IMG/VR virus record: IMGVR_UViG_3300033067_000465
Coordinates: 1 to 38,023 of that record
Reading direction: 5' to 3' (one strand)
Source: a virus
Taxonomy: Duplodnaviria > Caudoviricetes
DNA length: 38,023 nt
Position 1 is the first letter of the stretch; every line of letters begins with the position of its first letter. Position numbers and translations under genes: made by a program. The notes beneath the pieces are model-generated. The model worked only from the letters and a program-made list of their open reading frames with translations, ran no database searches and had not been told where the DNA came from. This document shows, one piece after another, positions 36,816 through 38,023 of the stretch.

Positions 36816-36829
36816 AACGGTTTAAATAT

Positions 36830-37349
36830 TTACAATGGCCTATCACTTCCATGATTTTTGTGATAACCATAATTTACTTCCGCTGATTTTCTTGCGCACG
36901 CCGCTTCAAAAATTGTATGGAAATAAACAACACGCGATAGTTTAGGGTTTATGTGTATTTTTGCCACCCACATTGACTCTCGTGTTGCAAAGTATACTCC
37001 GGTTATTCCGCTTTTATTGTTAGATTGCTTGCGCTTATTTCTAGAATTTTCTATCCTAGATGCCTGCCTTAAATTTATAAGTTTATTGTTTAACCCATTT
37101 CCGTCAATGTGGTCTATTTCTTCTTTCGGGAACTCCCCATGGTAGTATAACCACGCCAATCTATGAGCGGCAAATCTTTTACCTGATATTCGTATTCTGA
37201 TATACAGTTTCCCTCTTCCGTCATTGTTTATTGTACCTGCTACCGATCCTGTTGTAATTTGTTTGGAAGGCTTTTTTTACCCAAGTAAATATTCCAGTGT
37301 CAGGATCGTAATACAATAATTCTTTCAATCTTCCTTGCGTTAATTCCAT
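36830..37349 (-). pseudogene. HNH-AP2 homing endonuclease, frameshifted in an A7 run
   Basis: MELTQGRLKELLYYDPDTGIFTW start at 37349; removing one A at 37272-37278 joins it to AHRLAWLY...IDHIDGNGLNN...NLR...SGITGV. Confidence 0.85.
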
Positions 37350-37382
37350 TTTGCCCTCTATTTAGATATTAATAATCACCAA

Positions 37383-37529
37383 TTAGGCCTGCCTCCGCAA
37401 AAACTCAGGTAAATTAGAATCATTGTACTTGTGATTGAACGCAACAATATTGGCCATTCTCCACGCTTTTGATACGGCGCATCCGTTTGAAACATAGAAC
37501 AGAAATCTGTTTAGTATAAATTTAATCAT
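37383..37529 (-). CDS. 48-aa protein ending in an FtsZ-C-terminus-like motif
   Basis: Manual translation MIKFILNRFLFY...NDSNLPEFLRRQA; GAGG RBS; ATGA overlap. Confidence 0.7.
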   Translation of the reverse strand: MIKFILNRFLFYVSNGCAVSKAWRMANIVAFNHKYNDSNLPEFLRRQA

Positions 37530-37702
37530 GATTTTTCCTCGTAAACTTTACAATTCTCTCCTTCTGCCGCTTTAGTAATTGGGTAATCAGACTTAAGATT
37601 TTTACATTTAGACATTTTAATGTTTTCTCCTCGTCGAACTTTCACGAACGTAATATTTTCGTTATCCCAAAACCTACAGTTAAGGCACAGCTTTGTTTTC
37701 AT
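37526..37702 (-). CDS. Small four-Cys protein (58 aa)
   Basis: Manual translation MKTKLCLNCRFW...KCKN...ENCKVYEEKS. Confidence 0.65.
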   Translation of the reverse strand: MKTKLCLNCRFWDNENITFVKVRRGENIKMSKCKNLKSDYPITKAAEGENCKVYEEKS

Positions 37703-37961
37703 TTTTAGGTATCGCCTTCAAAACACCGTCAACAATTTCAAAGTCATTGACGCTTAGGTCGATTAGTGTTTCTTTCCATTTGTCAACGCTAGTTGAAGTT
37801 GACATAGCAAGTACCACGTAGGCCTCGTCGTCATAAGAATTCCAGTGTCCTGGCCCTATCTTCGGAGATTCTGTATACTCCCATACCCCTCCATCATAGT
37901 CCTGTGCCAAAAACTTTGCTTCGTCGCTTATCTCTGCTGTGTAGTTAAACGTTATTTTCAT
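37680..37961 (-). CDS. Hypothetical phage protein
   Basis: AKFLAQDYDGGVWEY...P...W...WKETL pattern common in small phage proteins. Confidence 0.75.
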   Translation of the reverse strand: MKITFNYTAEISDEAKFLAQDYDGGVWEYTESPKIGPGHWNSYDDEAYVVLAMSTSTSVDKWKETLIDLSVNDFEIVDGVLKAIPKNENKAVP

Positions 37962-38023
37962 TTGTCAACCACCATCGCGCCAACATTTTTAAGTGACAGA
38001 TTAACGTATCCATGCTGGCATCC
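37958..38023 (-). CDS. C-terminal part of the DUF3850-like protein starting at 189
   Basis: GCQHGYVNLSLKNVGAMVVDK*, in frame with 189..1; GYVxLSL is the expected C-terminal strand. Confidence 0.75.
   Translation of the reverse strand, partial: GCQHGYVNLSLKNVGAMVVDK

Larger units (their letters stand above)
1..38023. mobile_element. Complete circularly permuted dsDNA phage genome, P22-like podovirus morphogenesis module, probably proteobacterial host
   Basis: Full TerS-TerL-portal-scaffold-coat-gp4-gp10-ejection-tail gene order; replication and lysis modules; an ORF continues in frame across the window ends; spanin pair implies a diderm host. Confidence 0.92.

Overview
The window looks like a complete, circularly permuted ~38 kb tailed-phage genome with P22-like (podovirus) morphogenesis genes. 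One DUF3850-like ORF reads in frame across the end-to-start junction. A leftward arm (8.7 kb to 1, continuing 38.0 to 36.8 kb) carries Sak4-like ATPase, SSB-like, HNH, 3'-5' exonuclease, SF2 helicase, VRR-NUC and many small genes. A rightward arm carries ASCH, Cro-like, primase zinc finger and DUF3987-like helicase genes, an inverted-repeat-rich origin, small early genes, then terminase, portal, scaffold, coat, tail, ejection, receptor-binding and lysis genes. I saw no integrase, CI repressor, endolysin or smpB. The most notable feature is a ~690 nt non-coding RNA cluster (15266-15957) upstream of the terminase. It holds a circularly permuted (two-piece) tmRNA gene with tag ANDEVYDNRLAA, followed by two tandem tRNA-shaped elements: one has alternative antisense pairings to its own leader, the other displays a CAU anticodon-like loop. 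Other leads are an unannotated 48-aa protein ending in an FtsZ C-terminal-like motif, a lysis cassette with spanins and a phospholipase A2-like gene but no visible endolysin, a papain-fold protein between the primase zinc finger and helicase genes, and RBS-sequestering control of an HNH gene. All family calls come from motif recognition by eye; no searches were run.
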